Origin: a virus
Strand: one strand, 5' to 3'
DNA length: 64,000 nt
IMG/VR virus record: IMGVR_UViG_3300025133_000044
Location: 39,524 to 103,523 of that record
Shown: positions 1-9,450 of the stretch, in pieces
Layout of the letters: every line of letters begins with the position of its first letter
Position numbering within the stretch: the stretch's first letter is position 1
Made by a program: the position numbers and the translations under genes
Notes under the pieces: model-generated
Database searches by the model: none
The model's input: only the letters and a program-made list of their open reading frames with translations
Told to the model about the DNA's origin: nothing

Positions 1-1085
1 TCGAAGATGCGGTCTTCTTCAACCGCCTGCTCACGAATCGCTGCTTGGTTTTCTTCCAGGCAACCTTCGAGTTTTCCATCGGCGGGGTTGACGTCGCAAA
101 GTCTCTCGGTTGGAGCATCAACGACAGCATCTTCGACGGGGTTGACGTTAACTGCTGCGGCATCTTTATCCTTTGTTGGATCAGGTAGGTCTTTATCCAA
201 TTCTATGCCATATGGAAAAGAGCGCGCAATGTTTGAACCTTCGTTGGACGGTCCGCGCCAGTCTCCAGTATTGTGGTCCCACCCTAATGAATGTTCATGA
301 ATAGCGGTTAAATTAAAACTGAGTTTATATTCTGCTGGAATTACAAAATTAGATGGTCGAGTTGTTCCTTCGCCTATCAAAGCGTCATATCGATCTTGGT
401 CGTTAACCCGGCCGGTGGGGGCAACGACCAAGCCCTCCAGATCCCGTAGGGGATCTGGTCCCGCGGGGTCAACACCCAAATGCTGGTCTACAACAATCGG
501 TATAAAACCAGCTTTCTTATTGTGACTAACTCTTACTCCTGTGATAGTGCATAATAGACCCTCAAAATGATTTGCAGACATAATCATATTAGCGTATTTA
601 ACTCTGAAAAGAGGTGAGGCGGAAACTGCATTTGTTCCGTGAGAATCCTCCTTGTAAGCAGGGTATAGAGAAGCCAAGAACCAATTTATATTAGCGAGAT
701 TTCTTAATGCCATATTCTTTCCACTAGATGGTACAGTAATAGTTAATGCCAGATTACGCTGTGAAGCTTTCCAAATATGATATCTATCGGGACGTCCATA
801 AACATTTACTGAATTAAAGTCTGGACGGAAATTATCTACAAAAGCGTCCAAGAAAGCTATAAATGTAATCCTAGGTGGATTTTTAATGTGCATTGGTATA
901 ATTTCTATTAGAGTTCCTCGGGCGGCGGCGGTGGTGACGACACTATCTTTTTCCTCTCCCGACTTTATTATTTCTGGAGTGACTTTTGTAAAGCTTTTCT
1001 GCATGCCGTTGACATCGTTCTTTGCGATTAAGCTTCTTTCGTACGGGAGAAAGCTTTGTTTTGCCTGAAAAAATTTATTTGCCAT
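1..1085 (-). CDS. Baseplate / tail-tube-initiator-like protein (gp48/gp54-like), 3'-truncated by the window edge; absent from the ORF track
   Basis: Manual translation from ATG at 1085 (TAATAATG junction with the tape measure stop): MANKFFQAK...ITFIAFLDAFVDNFRPDFNSVNVYGRPDRYHIWKASQRNLALTITVP...LYPAY...SPLFRVKYAN. Frame is open to position 1. The F.AF....D.F...F....VYGR.D motif and the position after the tape measure gene fit tube-initiator proteins. Confidence 0.7.
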   Translation of the reverse strand, partial: MANKFFQAKQSFLPYERSLIAKNDVNGMQKSFTKVTPEIIKSGEEKDSVVTTAAARGTLIEIIPMHIKNPPRITFIAFLDAFVDNFRPDFNSVNVYGRPDRYHIWKASQRNLALTITVPSSGKNMALRNLANINWFLASLYPAYKEDSHGTNAVSASPLFRVKYANMIMSANHFEGLLCTITGVRVSHNKKAGFIPIVVDQHLGVDPAGPDPLRDLEGLVVAPTGRVNDQDRYDALIGEGTTRPSNFVIPAEYKLSFNLTAIHEHSLGWDHNTGDWRGPSNEGSNIARSFPYGIELDKDLPDPTKDKDAAAVNVNPVEDAVVDAPTERLCDVNPADGKLEGCLEENQAAIREQAVEEDRIF

Positions 1086-1087
1086 TA

Positions 1088-3331
1088 TTATCTACCTTTC
1101 TGCACCGCTGCTTTAAGTTTACCTTCCATAGTGTGCGGCAGCAGGATCCGGAAAAGTTTCAAGCCGTCGACGTTGACAATAAGTTCCTGCTGGCCTGCGC
1201 CAGATTGGCCGGTGGCCTGGTCTGCTTCCTCGCGGGGGTGCACCACGATAGTGGGGGCGTTTAAAAGTTGAGTGATCAGCCCTTTGATCTGATCTACACT
1301 CCCGGGATCTGAGATATTTACAGCATTTAACATTACCGCAGCATCCTGGAAAGTTTTGCCGGCAGCTTCGGCAGCGGCTGTGTCGATATTAACAACCCAA
1401 TCAAATGGTTTGGAAGCACCTAGGGCCGCGGCGGCAGCTGCAGCGCGCTCCATCCCACCGACAAAAGGAGTAAGTTTAGTATCCACTTCGGATTGTGAAG
1501 GCATACCTGTCCATATAGTTCCAGTTTCATCTGTTATCTCTTTGATCTTGTCCATCGACTCTCTGACTCTTTCTTCAATCTTTGTGCCGGCCGTCTCATC
1601 GCCGCCGAATATTACACCCCACATGCCAAGTTCTCTTATACTACCCAGGAAGGGTAATTTATCTATTACGTCAGCAGCCTTAGTTACTTTTTCTATTACT
1701 GATTCTATCATAAGTAGACCAGCCGGGCCTGCAATTTTCCTGTCCAGGTTGGCGCCGGCCGGTTCAGCCAGAACGTCAATAAGGCTTTGAAGGGCTTTGA
1801 CTGGTTTGACTCCCAACATTTCATTGACTTCTCTAACGATATTAGTATAATCTCTCATTGGACCTGCTAGTTCAGACCAGCTTTTCTTCAATAGGTCCGT
1901 AGAACTTATTGCTTTTTTAATGCGCTCTTCCATTTCGTCTTGTTTGGTTGCCGCAGTATCCATTCCCTCACCAGCCATTTGGAAATCTTCTTGGCTACCA
2001 AATAATCTTGCAGCAGATTCAACGTCCATGTCAAGAGCGTTGGCGATGACCAACCTTTGGCGACGATCCATGTCTTCAAAAGCAACACCCGCATCTGCCA
2101 CTGCTTCTTTTATCAATTCAAATTTTTCAGCAGGGTCCGCATGGACAAGCTCCATAACAGATAAATGAGTACCACCCAATATCGCGTTTAGTTTGCCGGC
2201 TGCGTTCGCCGCGCCATCGAATGTATCAAATTTTTGTGCAAACTTATCCAAGTTTGCTAAAGATATTCCAGTCGCTTGAGCTTGAGCTGCCATACCAGCA
2301 AAAACGTCAATAGAACGATCACCATACTGAATTAATGTTTTTGCTGAAGTGTTAAAATCGGCTATTGCTTGGTTAACATCAATGCCCAAAGAGACTGCCA
2401 AACCATCCAATCTTTTGGTGCTTTCCATGGCCATGGCTGGAGTTTGTTTTAAAGCTCTCATAAACAGATCAATATTTTTTGTTGAGGCCTCAGTCGTCAC
2501 GCCATATTTGGCCATACCAGCCACTAAATTAGCAACTCGACTCATTACTTCTCGATCCCCTAAAGAATGCAAACCTGTGCGGAGGCCAGAAATATGTTTT
2601 GTTATGGCCTGCATCGAAAGGCCGAGATCCTTTCCATCCAAGCCAATCTCACGCATAATTCCTCTATATGCCACCATTCCTTCGGGGGTCTTAAAAGCTC
2701 CCATGGCGGAGACCTGTACTCTCTCAAGCGCTTCAGAATACAAACCAGTGGCAGCGGTATACTTATGAAGGCCAGTGTCCATTGTTTTCGCGAAGTCATT
2801 CATGTTCTCTGTTATTTTGCCAAAAAATTCAGTAACTGGAGTATGGAACCTGGCAATTGCAATTTTTTGATTGCTTACATTGTCGGCTATTTTTACACTC
2901 GATCTTTTCCAAGCGTCCTCATATTTCTTAAGTTCTTTCATGGCCTCGTCGTCGCCGACGGCCTTGCGCTTGCGGGCCCAGTCTGCCGTTTCTGCTTCTT
3001 TCATGTTTGCAGCTGCAATTTTTTGTTTAGCAGCTGCAAGCTTTAAATTTTCAGCTTTGAGTTTCGCTACCGCGGCGAGGGCGTCTTTGTACTTCTTTGT
3101 TTCCTCGTTGCCGAGGTCAATTATTTCTTGCGCTTTATCAATTAAGCCTTCTCTTTTAGTTATCATGCGTTGATAACCGTCAACATTGGCCGTAATCATA
3201 TCAGCCATGTGTTTCAAGTTCTCTTCTTCGGCGGTGCTTAATTCAGCTGCAGCTTCGCTTTTTGCTTTTCTTAGCTTTTTATAAAGAGTAATCAGCTTTT
3301 CTACATCTTCTGGATTGTCTGGTACCGCCAT
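1088..3331 (-). CDS. Tail tape measure protein (~747 aa)
   Basis: Ala/Lys/Met-rich and helical, with FDTFDGAANAAGKLNAILGG motif; lies downstream of tube and chaperone genes. Start moved to ATG 3331 (GAGGGGG SD, late motif at 3357-3364) rather than 3391. Confidence 0.8.
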   Translation of the reverse strand: MAVPDNPEDVEKLITLYKKLRKAKSEAAAELSTAEEENLKHMADMITANVDGYQRMITKREGLIDKAQEIIDLGNEETKKYKDALAAVAKLKAENLKLAAAKQKIAAANMKEAETADWARKRKAVGDDEAMKELKKYEDAWKRSSVKIADNVSNQKIAIARFHTPVTEFFGKITENMNDFAKTMDTGLHKYTAATGLYSEALERVQVSAMGAFKTPEGMVAYRGIMREIGLDGKDLGLSMQAITKHISGLRTGLHSLGDREVMSRVANLVAGMAKYGVTTEASTKNIDLFMRALKQTPAMAMESTKRLDGLAVSLGIDVNQAIADFNTSAKTLIQYGDRSIDVFAGMAAQAQATGISLANLDKFAQKFDTFDGAANAAGKLNAILGGTHLSVMELVHADPAEKFELIKEAVADAGVAFEDMDRRQRLVIANALDMDVESAARLFGSQEDFQMAGEGMDTAATKQDEMEERIKKAISSTDLLKKSWSELAGPMRDYTNIVREVNEMLGVKPVKALQSLIDVLAEPAGANLDRKIAGPAGLLMIESVIEKVTKAADVIDKLPFLGSIRELGMWGVIFGGDETAGTKIEERVRESMDKIKEITDETGTIWTGMPSQSEVDTKLTPFVGGMERAAAAAAALGASKPFDWVVNIDTAAAEAAGKTFQDAAVMLNAVNISDPGSVDQIKGLITQLLNAPTIVVHPREEADQATGQSGAGQQELIVNVDGLKLFRILLPHTMEGKLKAAVQKGR

Positions 3332-3356
3332 TTCATCCCCCTCACATGGTGCATAG

Positions 3357-3364
3357 TAAATAGT
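3357..3364 (-). promoter_or_regulatory. Putative late promoter motif ACTATTTA upstream of tape measure gene
   Basis: Same motif recurs upstream of many structural genes in this window. Confidence 0.6.
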
Positions 3365-3376
3365 AGACTTGGGCAA

Positions 3377-3402
3377 AATAAAAAAGCCCAAAAGGATCTT
3401 TT
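3377..3402 (-). terminator. Possible intrinsic terminator after the chaperone genes
   Basis: AAAAGATCC-TTTT-GGGCTTTT imperfect stem followed by TTTTTTATTTT on the minus strand. Confidence 0.45.
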
Positions 3403-3410
3403 ATTAACTG

Positions 3411-3575
3411 TTATCCGTTTCGAGCTTCTTCCATGGCTTCTTTCTGTTTTTCAAAATGTTCTGTTAGCTTATTCAGAAACCACGAACGCAGCCCAACAGG
3501 AAGATTATAAGCTTCTATGAAGCTCCAGCCACCATGGAATTTTAGAACAAAAAATTGCTCATAAACTTTTTCCAT
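3411..3575 (-). CDS. gp51-like baseplate hub / tail assembly chaperone, 54 aa (probable frameshift extension of the upstream gene); absent from the ORF track
   Basis: MEKVYEQFFVLKFHGGWSFIEAYNLPVGLRSWFLNKLTEHFEKQKEAMEEARNG. The W...E...LP...R.WF pattern is typical of gp51/GT-type chaperone tails. The frame stays open upstream through the T7 run at 3594-3600. Confidence 0.75.
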   Translation of the reverse strand: MEKVYEQFFVLKFHGGWSFIEAYNLPVGLRSWFLNKLTEHFEKQKEAMEEARNG

Positions 3576-3582
3576 GTATTCT

Positions 3583-4437
3583 TCACTCAGGCCAAAAAAA
3601 CGCCGTGGTAAACGGCACCTCCAGGTCAGCTACAGAATAACATTTTTGGCACACAAACACCCGTTTAAAGTCTATATTAGGCACCAATTGTGAATATAAT
3701 TTTCTCAAGTGTTTTGAATCCATGGCCGGCATGGAATCAACAAAGTTTTTAATTGTATATCTGTCTTCCACTCCATTGACTGAAGAGATTATTGTAAACA
3801 AAAGATCTGTGACATCAGCTTCTTCCACTCTTTCTTTTCTAATCTTTGCCAGCTGTTGTTCATCTTGGCCTGTCATAAGTTGGACGCCGACCACAACTTT
3901 TGATTTGGGAAGTTCAACTTCAAAGTCCCCAGTTTTAGACTGAACCGTGATTTTGTTTTCCTTTAAAAATTCTTTATCAAAGCATTTTCCACTATATTCT
4001 ATTTCATTAAGATCATATTCTTCATCATGTGGAGCGTTACATTCAGGGCAAGTTACTTTTGTACTATAAGAACTGCCATAAGCAGACTTGCGTGTGGCAA
4101 TCATTATCGCATTTCGATCTCCAACAAAAAGATCAGTCGATTTAATTCTTTCATCCAGCACAAGATTGTTAATAAGTCTTTCCAAGACAACCCCTTTCTT
4201 GATAAGGGTCATCGAAGTAAGAATATCTTCCTCCTTCGCGGTCATAAACTTTATTTCAATCGTGTCTTCACCGTGAAGAGGATGACCTTCTGGATAGAAG
4301 GCCCCCTTCGAAGGCAACTCAACAAACTCTGTTGGCACCACAAATGCCAAAGGGGAGCCTTGTTGAGAAGCTCCCGCTACATCGCTTGGCTGTGGTCCTC
4401 CAGGGACCATCCCCAAACGTTTCTCATTATTGCGCAT
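3583..4437 (-). CDS. gp26-like baseplate hub assembly / tail assembly chaperone
   Basis: VELPSKG..YP, MTAKEEDIL, two CxxC pairs (CPEC, CQKC), ends in FFWP; lies between tube and tape measure. Confidence 0.8.
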   Translation of the reverse strand: MRNNEKRLGMVPGGPQPSDVAGASQQGSPLAFVVPTEFVELPSKGAFYPEGHPLHGEDTIEIKFMTAKEEDILTSMTLIKKGVVLERLINNLVLDERIKSTDLFVGDRNAIMIATRKSAYGSSYSTKVTCPECNAPHDEEYDLNEIEYSGKCFDKEFLKENKITVQSKTGDFEVELPKSKVVVGVQLMTGQDEQQLAKIRKERVEEADVTDLLFTIISSVNGVEDRYTIKNFVDSMPAMDSKHLRKLYSQLVPNIDFKRVFVCQKCYSVADLEVPFTTAFFWPE

Positions 4438-4459
4438 TTTAACCTCTCGTTAAATTCTA

Positions 4460-5080
4460 TTAAGTGTATTGACCTAGACCGTTAGATGAAGTAGAAGTAG
4501 CATATTTAGCAAAATCATAAGTCAGACCGACAGTCACTTCGACCAAGCCGGCGTCAGCCGCGTAAGTCATCTCGCCAGACCAAGCCACGTCTTTAACAAA
4601 TGCATTTTTCAAGGTCCACTCTTCTCTGATAAAGGGCCCAATAGCGGGTCCAACAATGTTGCCTGGGTCGAGGACAATGGGGCCTCCGGCGCCGGCTCTG
4701 TGGCCGCCGTCTAATTGTCTTATCACGACATCACCGATTGTGGCCACAGATGCGGTCTTGGTGAGCCCCATTAGAGAATTCGTAAAGTTAGTAGGAAGAT
4801 CGTAACCATTGTTCAAAAGAACATTCCAAAACACACTACCTATATTCGGTTCAAAAGCATCAACAAGCGTTACATTGACATCCTGCCATGAAACAATGCC
4901 AGGATATTTAAATTCATGATTCATAAATTGATGTTTTGTAGGTGTTGAGGTAAATTTAGGTTTCGAAACACCTTTAGCCATGAATACTAGATCATTACCA
5001 AGATGCTTAAAACTTACAGTCCACCGATGTTTTCTTTTAGGCTCGAATCCGCCTGGTCCTGAATCTGAGTAAAATGGCAT
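4460..5080 (-). CDS. gp19: Tail tube protein (gp19-like)
   Basis: EPKRKHRW, KYPG.VSW.DV.VT.VD, EEWTLKNAF, LTYDFA motifs; directly after the sheath gene. Confidence 0.9.
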   Translation of the reverse strand: MPFYSDSGPGGFEPKRKHRWTVSFKHLGNDLVFMAKGVSKPKFTSTPTKHQFMNHEFKYPGIVSWQDVNVTLVDAFEPNIGSVFWNVLLNNGYDLPTNFTNSLMGLTKTASVATIGDVVIRQLDGGHRAGAGGPIVLDPGNIVGPAIGPFIREEWTLKNAFVKDVAWSGEMTYAADAGLVEVTVGLTYDFAKYATSTSSNGLGQYT

Positions 5081-5105
5081 TATTTTAAGTCTCCCTTATC
5101 TCTAA

Positions 5106-5113
5106 TAAATAGT
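5106..5113 (-). promoter_or_regulatory. Putative late promoter motif ACTATTTA upstream of tail tube
   Basis: Recurrent motif, followed by AAGGGAG SD. Confidence 0.6.
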
Positions 5114-5134
5114 GTTTTATTTAAATTTTTATTT

Positions 5135-8100
5135 TTAATCGTCAAATGAAGCGCCGCTTCTGGTAATTATAAAGTCAAGGGCTATAAATTCAATAGCTCT
5201 TGCAGGCTTTAAGAAGATTTTAGCGTATAGAATATTTCTATCAACTAAATCTGGCGTTGTGGTTGTCTCGTCCAGCACAACCCTAAAGTCCGTTAAGCCT
5301 AATCCAGCTTTGACACCCTCCAAGAAAGGCTCGACCTGACCAGTAAACTTATCCCACGTGGCTACAACATTCTGGTCGAAAAGAATTCTAGAAGCGATTT
5401 GTGAAATTTCTTTCTTAATGAAGATAAGAAGTCTTCTTACGTTGATTCTGTCCAAGGCGGAAGGAGTTACCTGCAGGGTTTTCTGGCCAAAGATAACGAT
5501 TCCTTCAGCTGGGAAACTAGCGATTGGGTTAACATTTGCATCGTAAAGTTTATCGCGGAGAGCAGAGGTGAGACGTTCTCTTACCCCAATTACCGGTAAA
5601 CCTGCCGAACCTTCGCTTAAGCCGCCGCGAGTAAAGCCAGCTGGTGCGAACCAAACTGCTGATTTTCTCTGTGAGCTTGAAAAAGTACCAAGAGCGACAA
5701 CAGAAGGCGGAACATATAATATAGCGTCATTGACGTTATCTTTAATACGCACCCACGGGTAGAAAGCACAGCCATAACTCGAATTGAGGGACAGATCTTT
5801 TGCTTTATTAACGATATCAGAGACAGTACCCATTCGAGCGGCCTCGTCATCATCATTTTCGTGTCTTGGCTTATAACCGCCTTCGACATCGATAATAGCC
5901 AAAGCATCAGCACGATCCTCACAAGCGTTAACTAACATAGTATTTAATTTAGAGTTTGTGAGGCCCGGTATAGTAGCAACATCGAATTCTGCAAATTCGC
6001 TATCCGATAAGATATCAATTGCTTTTTTGACCGAGTAATATGCATAATTAGTATTTTCGGAGCCGTTGTCTATATATTCATTACGGAAAGGATCGGCTTC
6101 TGTTATATCCAATCCATCAAAGCCACCGAACATGGGAGAAGTAAACCTATTCCAATCTCTTTCCAACACTTCTGCAGAAGAGGTGACCGATGGAGTGCCT
6201 GTCTCGCCAGCAGTTATAGAACGGCCGCTAGCTCTGGAGCCACTTACCCATATCGCCTTTGAAGTATCAAACCCGCCGCTGCCGCTAACTGATTCTACAT
6301 CATCTAGGGTAAATACCCAAGAATATTTTGTTTCGTTAGCCAAACTACCTGCTAGCACGCCTGCAGGTTGACCTCTTAGAAGATCAAGGTTGGTTTTATC
6401 AAATATTCTAGTGTCTGCTAAAGTTGACTGGTAGCCGAAGTAAGCACGAGTTGCCATAACCATATTGCCCTCAGAAGCAGAAACTCTAAGTCTTGTAGAG
6501 GGCCACTGTAGAGAGGCGGTGAGACCACTAGCATTTGACGGAGTCGTAAGATGGTTGCTTTCTACTGCGGCGCCGGGGCCAACGCTGATCAGGCCGGCAG
6601 CTGCATGGCCAGTAACCAAAGAATCAGCAGGAAGTGATCCAGTACTGGCAATCCATGGATCAATATCGACACCAGCATTATCAGTTATATTAGAAACTAG
6701 TGAACCGCTTAAAAGCTGAAGTTCTCTTGGGATAACAGGTCCATAGACACCATAAGGCAATAGACCTTCGGCTCCTGCGTCGTCGACAATACGTTTGGTT
6801 TCCACTCGAACATACTTAGATCTGTTGGGATATTCTCCATGCTCAGTAATAGTTTTGGTAGTTTGATTATAAGCGTAACTTCTATCACCCACAACTTTCT
6901 TTATGTAATCAGCAGAATTTGGATTTAAGTTAAGTCCGCTAAAACGCTCAAGAATAACAGGATTGTTATCTGAATCTCCAGCTGCTCTAACAGCTAAAGT
7001 AAAAGTACCAAACTTATTAAAGTTATCAGTTGGCGCTTTGATATCCTGAAGGGAGATCTTAATATCTCTATTTATGTGCTCTCCGCTATCGTGAGCTACA
7101 AATCTAAACAACTCTTCTGTGTCGACGGTGGGATTAAAGCTAGCTGTAGTAAGACCTCTGGTATCTTGAGAAATATACCAACCAGTTCTAGCTGCGACGG
7201 CTTTTTGTAAACGGTCTGCCCAATCGACATCCCAGCCATTGCCCTGGAGACCTACAACCGCACCCCAGAACTGGCCTGTCGAAGTGACTGCTGCTCCGGT
7301 GACAGCCATATCATTTAAAACATTAGTTTCAAAAGTTTCACCAAGCCAATAAACTTGTTCAGAGTCAGCTGGAGTTATCTGAGTATTTGTTTTGGTTGGG
7401 TCCGTATTAAAAAGTTTTCTAATGTACAAATCACTGTCTTTATCAAAATTGAATGTCGCAGCTTTTACAGTTGAGCCAGATGCATCTTTTACTTTTGCTG
7501 TAAACTGTTGATTTGTTGATCTAATTAGTACGCCACAACCTTCTGTTGCTCTTCCATTGGGAGCTGTGCCAGTTATTTCAACGGTTGAACCCCCATCCTG
7601 TACATACCATATAGCAGCTAAAGTTCCCGTAACAGCAGGGCATGTGCCGCCGCCGGCCCATGCCGTCGCCCCGCCGCCGCTGTTGGCGAGGATCACATTG
7701 TCGGTCACCGCGGATCCTTCTGTGGCCGTTATACTATTCCCGACCGTACCATTCACACTTGAAACTAAGCGTACGCCTGCGGTCGTCACCGGATCAGCCA
7801 CGGCCTGGACCTTTAAAGTGCCCGCTGTATATGCAGCGTTGACCGCGTCTATGATGTTTGTCGCGAATTGAGCTGCGTTGCTATTAGCGTTCCCAAAAGC
7901 TATAACAGTCGCTGTCGAGGTCGACGTGGTATTATCTATATCAAACTCTACAGACTGACTGTCAGCATCATATATCTTAAGTTTTCTTGTGTTTGCGGCG
8001 CCGGCGGTGCAGGACGTGGCTACAACTATACTATGAGCCCCATTTCCAGAATTAGTAGCTGTATATTGATCTCCGTCTGGCGTCACAAACAAACCAAATG

Positions 8101-8518
8101 CCCCACCACAGGTAGCGCGATCGGTAGTTAATAACTCATCAGTTCTCCAGCCTGGCAATGCTTTGTCGAAGGACTCGTAACTTGTTTCAGCAGAAGTTGG
8201 GTGGTCACCCAAAAGTCGGTAGACAGTACAAGGAGAGTTATTTCGCAACCAAGCTTGAACTGCATATGCAGCATAAGTTGGAGCAGTTAACGCTCCATTA
8301 CGCCATACGTCCCCGCTCGGAGTTCCCGCCGAGGGTCGACCAAAGATTTGAACAAACTCTTTAAATGTTTCTACTTTAATCGGCCTGTTTGCCGGACCTT
8401 TTGCAAAACGACCAACGATTACTGGTCCCATGCGCTCCGGAAGTGCCGGTAATGCGGACTCGTCAATCTCATCCATAAAAATACCGGGTGAAATAAATTT
8501 AAATTTATCGACTGCCAT
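5135..8518 (-). CDS. gp18: Contractile tail sheath protein (gp18-like) with insertion domains
   Basis: N-terminal FISPGIFMDEIDES; C-terminal WFAPAGFTRG, NPIASFP..GIVIFGQKTLQ...SALDRINVRRLL, KPARAIEFI. Confidence 0.95.
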   Translation of the reverse strand: MAVDKFKFISPGIFMDEIDESALPALPERMGPVIVGRFAKGPANRPIKVETFKEFVQIFGRPSAGTPSGDVWRNGALTAPTYAAYAVQAWLRNNSPCTVYRLLGDHPTSAETSYESFDKALPGWRTDELLTTDRATCGGAFGLFVTPDGDQYTATNSGNGAHSIVVATSCTAGAANTRKLKIYDADSQSVEFDIDNTTSTSTATVIAFGNANSNAAQFATNIIDAVNAAYTAGTLKVQAVADPVTTAGVRLVSSVNGTVGNSITATEGSAVTDNVILANSGGGATAWAGGGTCPAVTGTLAAIWYVQDGGSTVEITGTAPNGRATEGCGVLIRSTNQQFTAKVKDASGSTVKAATFNFDKDSDLYIRKLFNTDPTKTNTQITPADSEQVYWLGETFETNVLNDMAVTGAAVTSTGQFWGAVVGLQGNGWDVDWADRLQKAVAARTGWYISQDTRGLTTASFNPTVDTEELFRFVAHDSGEHINRDIKISLQDIKAPTDNFNKFGTFTLAVRAAGDSDNNPVILERFSGLNLNPNSADYIKKVVGDRSYAYNQTTKTITEHGEYPNRSKYVRVETKRIVDDAGAEGLLPYGVYGPVIPRELQLLSGSLVSNITDNAGVDIDPWIASTGSLPADSLVTGHAAAGLISVGPGAAVESNHLTTPSNASGLTASLQWPSTRLRVSASEGNMVMATRAYFGYQSTLADTRIFDKTNLDLLRGQPAGVLAGSLANETKYSWVFTLDDVESVSGSGGFDTSKAIWVSGSRASGRSITAGETGTPSVTSSAEVLERDWNRFTSPMFGGFDGLDITEADPFRNEYIDNGSENTNYAYYSVKKAIDILSDSEFAEFDVATIPGLTNSKLNTMLVNACEDRADALAIIDVEGGYKPRHENDDDEAARMGTVSDIVNKAKDLSLNSSYGCAFYPWVRIKDNVNDAILYVPPSVVALGTFSSSQRKSAVWFAPAGFTRGGLSEGSAGLPVIGVRERLTSALRDKLYDANVNPIASFPAEGIVIFGQKTLQVTPSALDRINVRRLLIFIKKEISQIASRILFDQNVVATWDKFTGQVEPFLEGVKAGLGLTDFRVVLDETTTTPDLVDRNILYAKIFLKPARAIEFIALDFIITRSGASFDD

Positions 8519-8538
8519 GCTTATAACTCCCTTAGTGG

Positions 8539-8580
8539 TTTCTAGTCAAAACTAGAAATACATTTTCTTAATTAAATAGT
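8539..8580 (-). promoter_or_regulatory. Late promoter motif (8573-8580) plus perfect 8-bp 5'-UTR hairpin (8539-8558) of the sheath gene
   Basis: ACTATTTA, then TTTCTAGT-TTTG-ACTAGAAA, then AAGGGAG SD. Confidence 0.55.
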
Positions 8581-8601
8581 CTTGGTTGGTTGGAAACTCC
8601 T

Positions 8602-9450
8602 TTAAAATCTAAATTCTCCATCTTCGTCACCAATGACAATTCGCTCCCTAGCAAAGCGAATTTGTACAGCATTCTCCCTTCTTACTGTTCTGCGCTGAAC
8701 TTGATTTTTTCCATCTCCTATAAGATACCCCAAAACATTGATAGTTAAACTACTTTCATATTTACGTTCTGCCTGTTCATAAGCAGAAATGTTATTAGCC
8801 ACATTAAGTTCCCCTTCTATGAAAGCCTCATAATTGTTGTAGTTGTGTTTTATCATAATCCTCTTATGGGCGTGTGCTCTGCGCATAAAGGGCGCGACAA
8901 CATCATTCATTTGCTCTTGGTACTCAGTTCTGATAGTAATATTATATCCGAGTTCCACATAGATAGGCAAGGGTATGGTAATGGTTTCAAAGACTATTTT
9001 ACCATTTTTCTTGTTCCTATATGTAGGGAAATTAAGCTGTGTTCGTTTTTTATAAGCGTCAGCATTAGCGAAATTAGAAGTCTTATCTTGCTTAATAACT
9101 TTATTAATTGTCAAGTAGCCTCCTTCCAGGTCGCCTCTGGGGTCAACTGCAGCGTATGGAACACCTTTGTTTTCGAATTGTTTTGTGACTTTTGTTCTTT
9201 CGACAACAATAGCTGGTAAAATGATCATCCCGGTCTTATCGCGCTTTATATCAGTATTTTTTATATTATGTGCCCTCTCCGAGCCGGCCCAGATTACGGG
9301 GATTTTTTGAAAACCTTTATTTGTTTTTGTATGTATATCCATAGAATCATTAATAAATTCATATAAAGCCATATCAATATCTTCTAGATCAGATTTATAT
9401 CTTGGTACATCTCTGGCGACGTCTTCATTTATAGAATCTTTAGGTGCCAT
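8602..9450 (-). CDS. Tail terminator / sheath stabiliser (gp15-like)
   Basis: DID.A.YEF, KIPVIWAGSER, ILPAIVVER, P.P.YV...Y.I.I.T.YQEQMN motifs; follows the neck genes. Start likely ATG 9450, not 9516. Confidence 0.7.
   Translation of the reverse strand: MAPKDSINEDVARDVPRYKSDLEDIDMALYEFINDSMDIHTKTNKGFQKIPVIWAGSERAHNIKNTDIKRDKTGMIILPAIVVERTKVTKQFENKGVPYAAVDPRGDLEGGYLTINKVIKQDKTSNFANADAYKKRTQLNFPTYRNKKNGKIVFETITIPLPIYVELGYNITIRTEYQEQMNDVVAPFMRRAHAHKRIMIKHNYNNYEAFIEGELNVANNISAYEQAERKYESSLTINVLGYLIGDGKNQVQRRTVRRENAVQIRFARERIVIGDEDGEFRF

Noticed and set aside
3583-3601. Canonical -1 frameshift at the T run
   Set aside because: The -1 frame reads GTT TTT TTG GCC TGA and stops; only the +1/-2 frame connects to the downstream ORF.
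1-9450. Extracellular contractile injection system or tailocin
   Set aside because: Capsid, portal, protease and terminase are all present, so this is a complete phage morphogenesis region.
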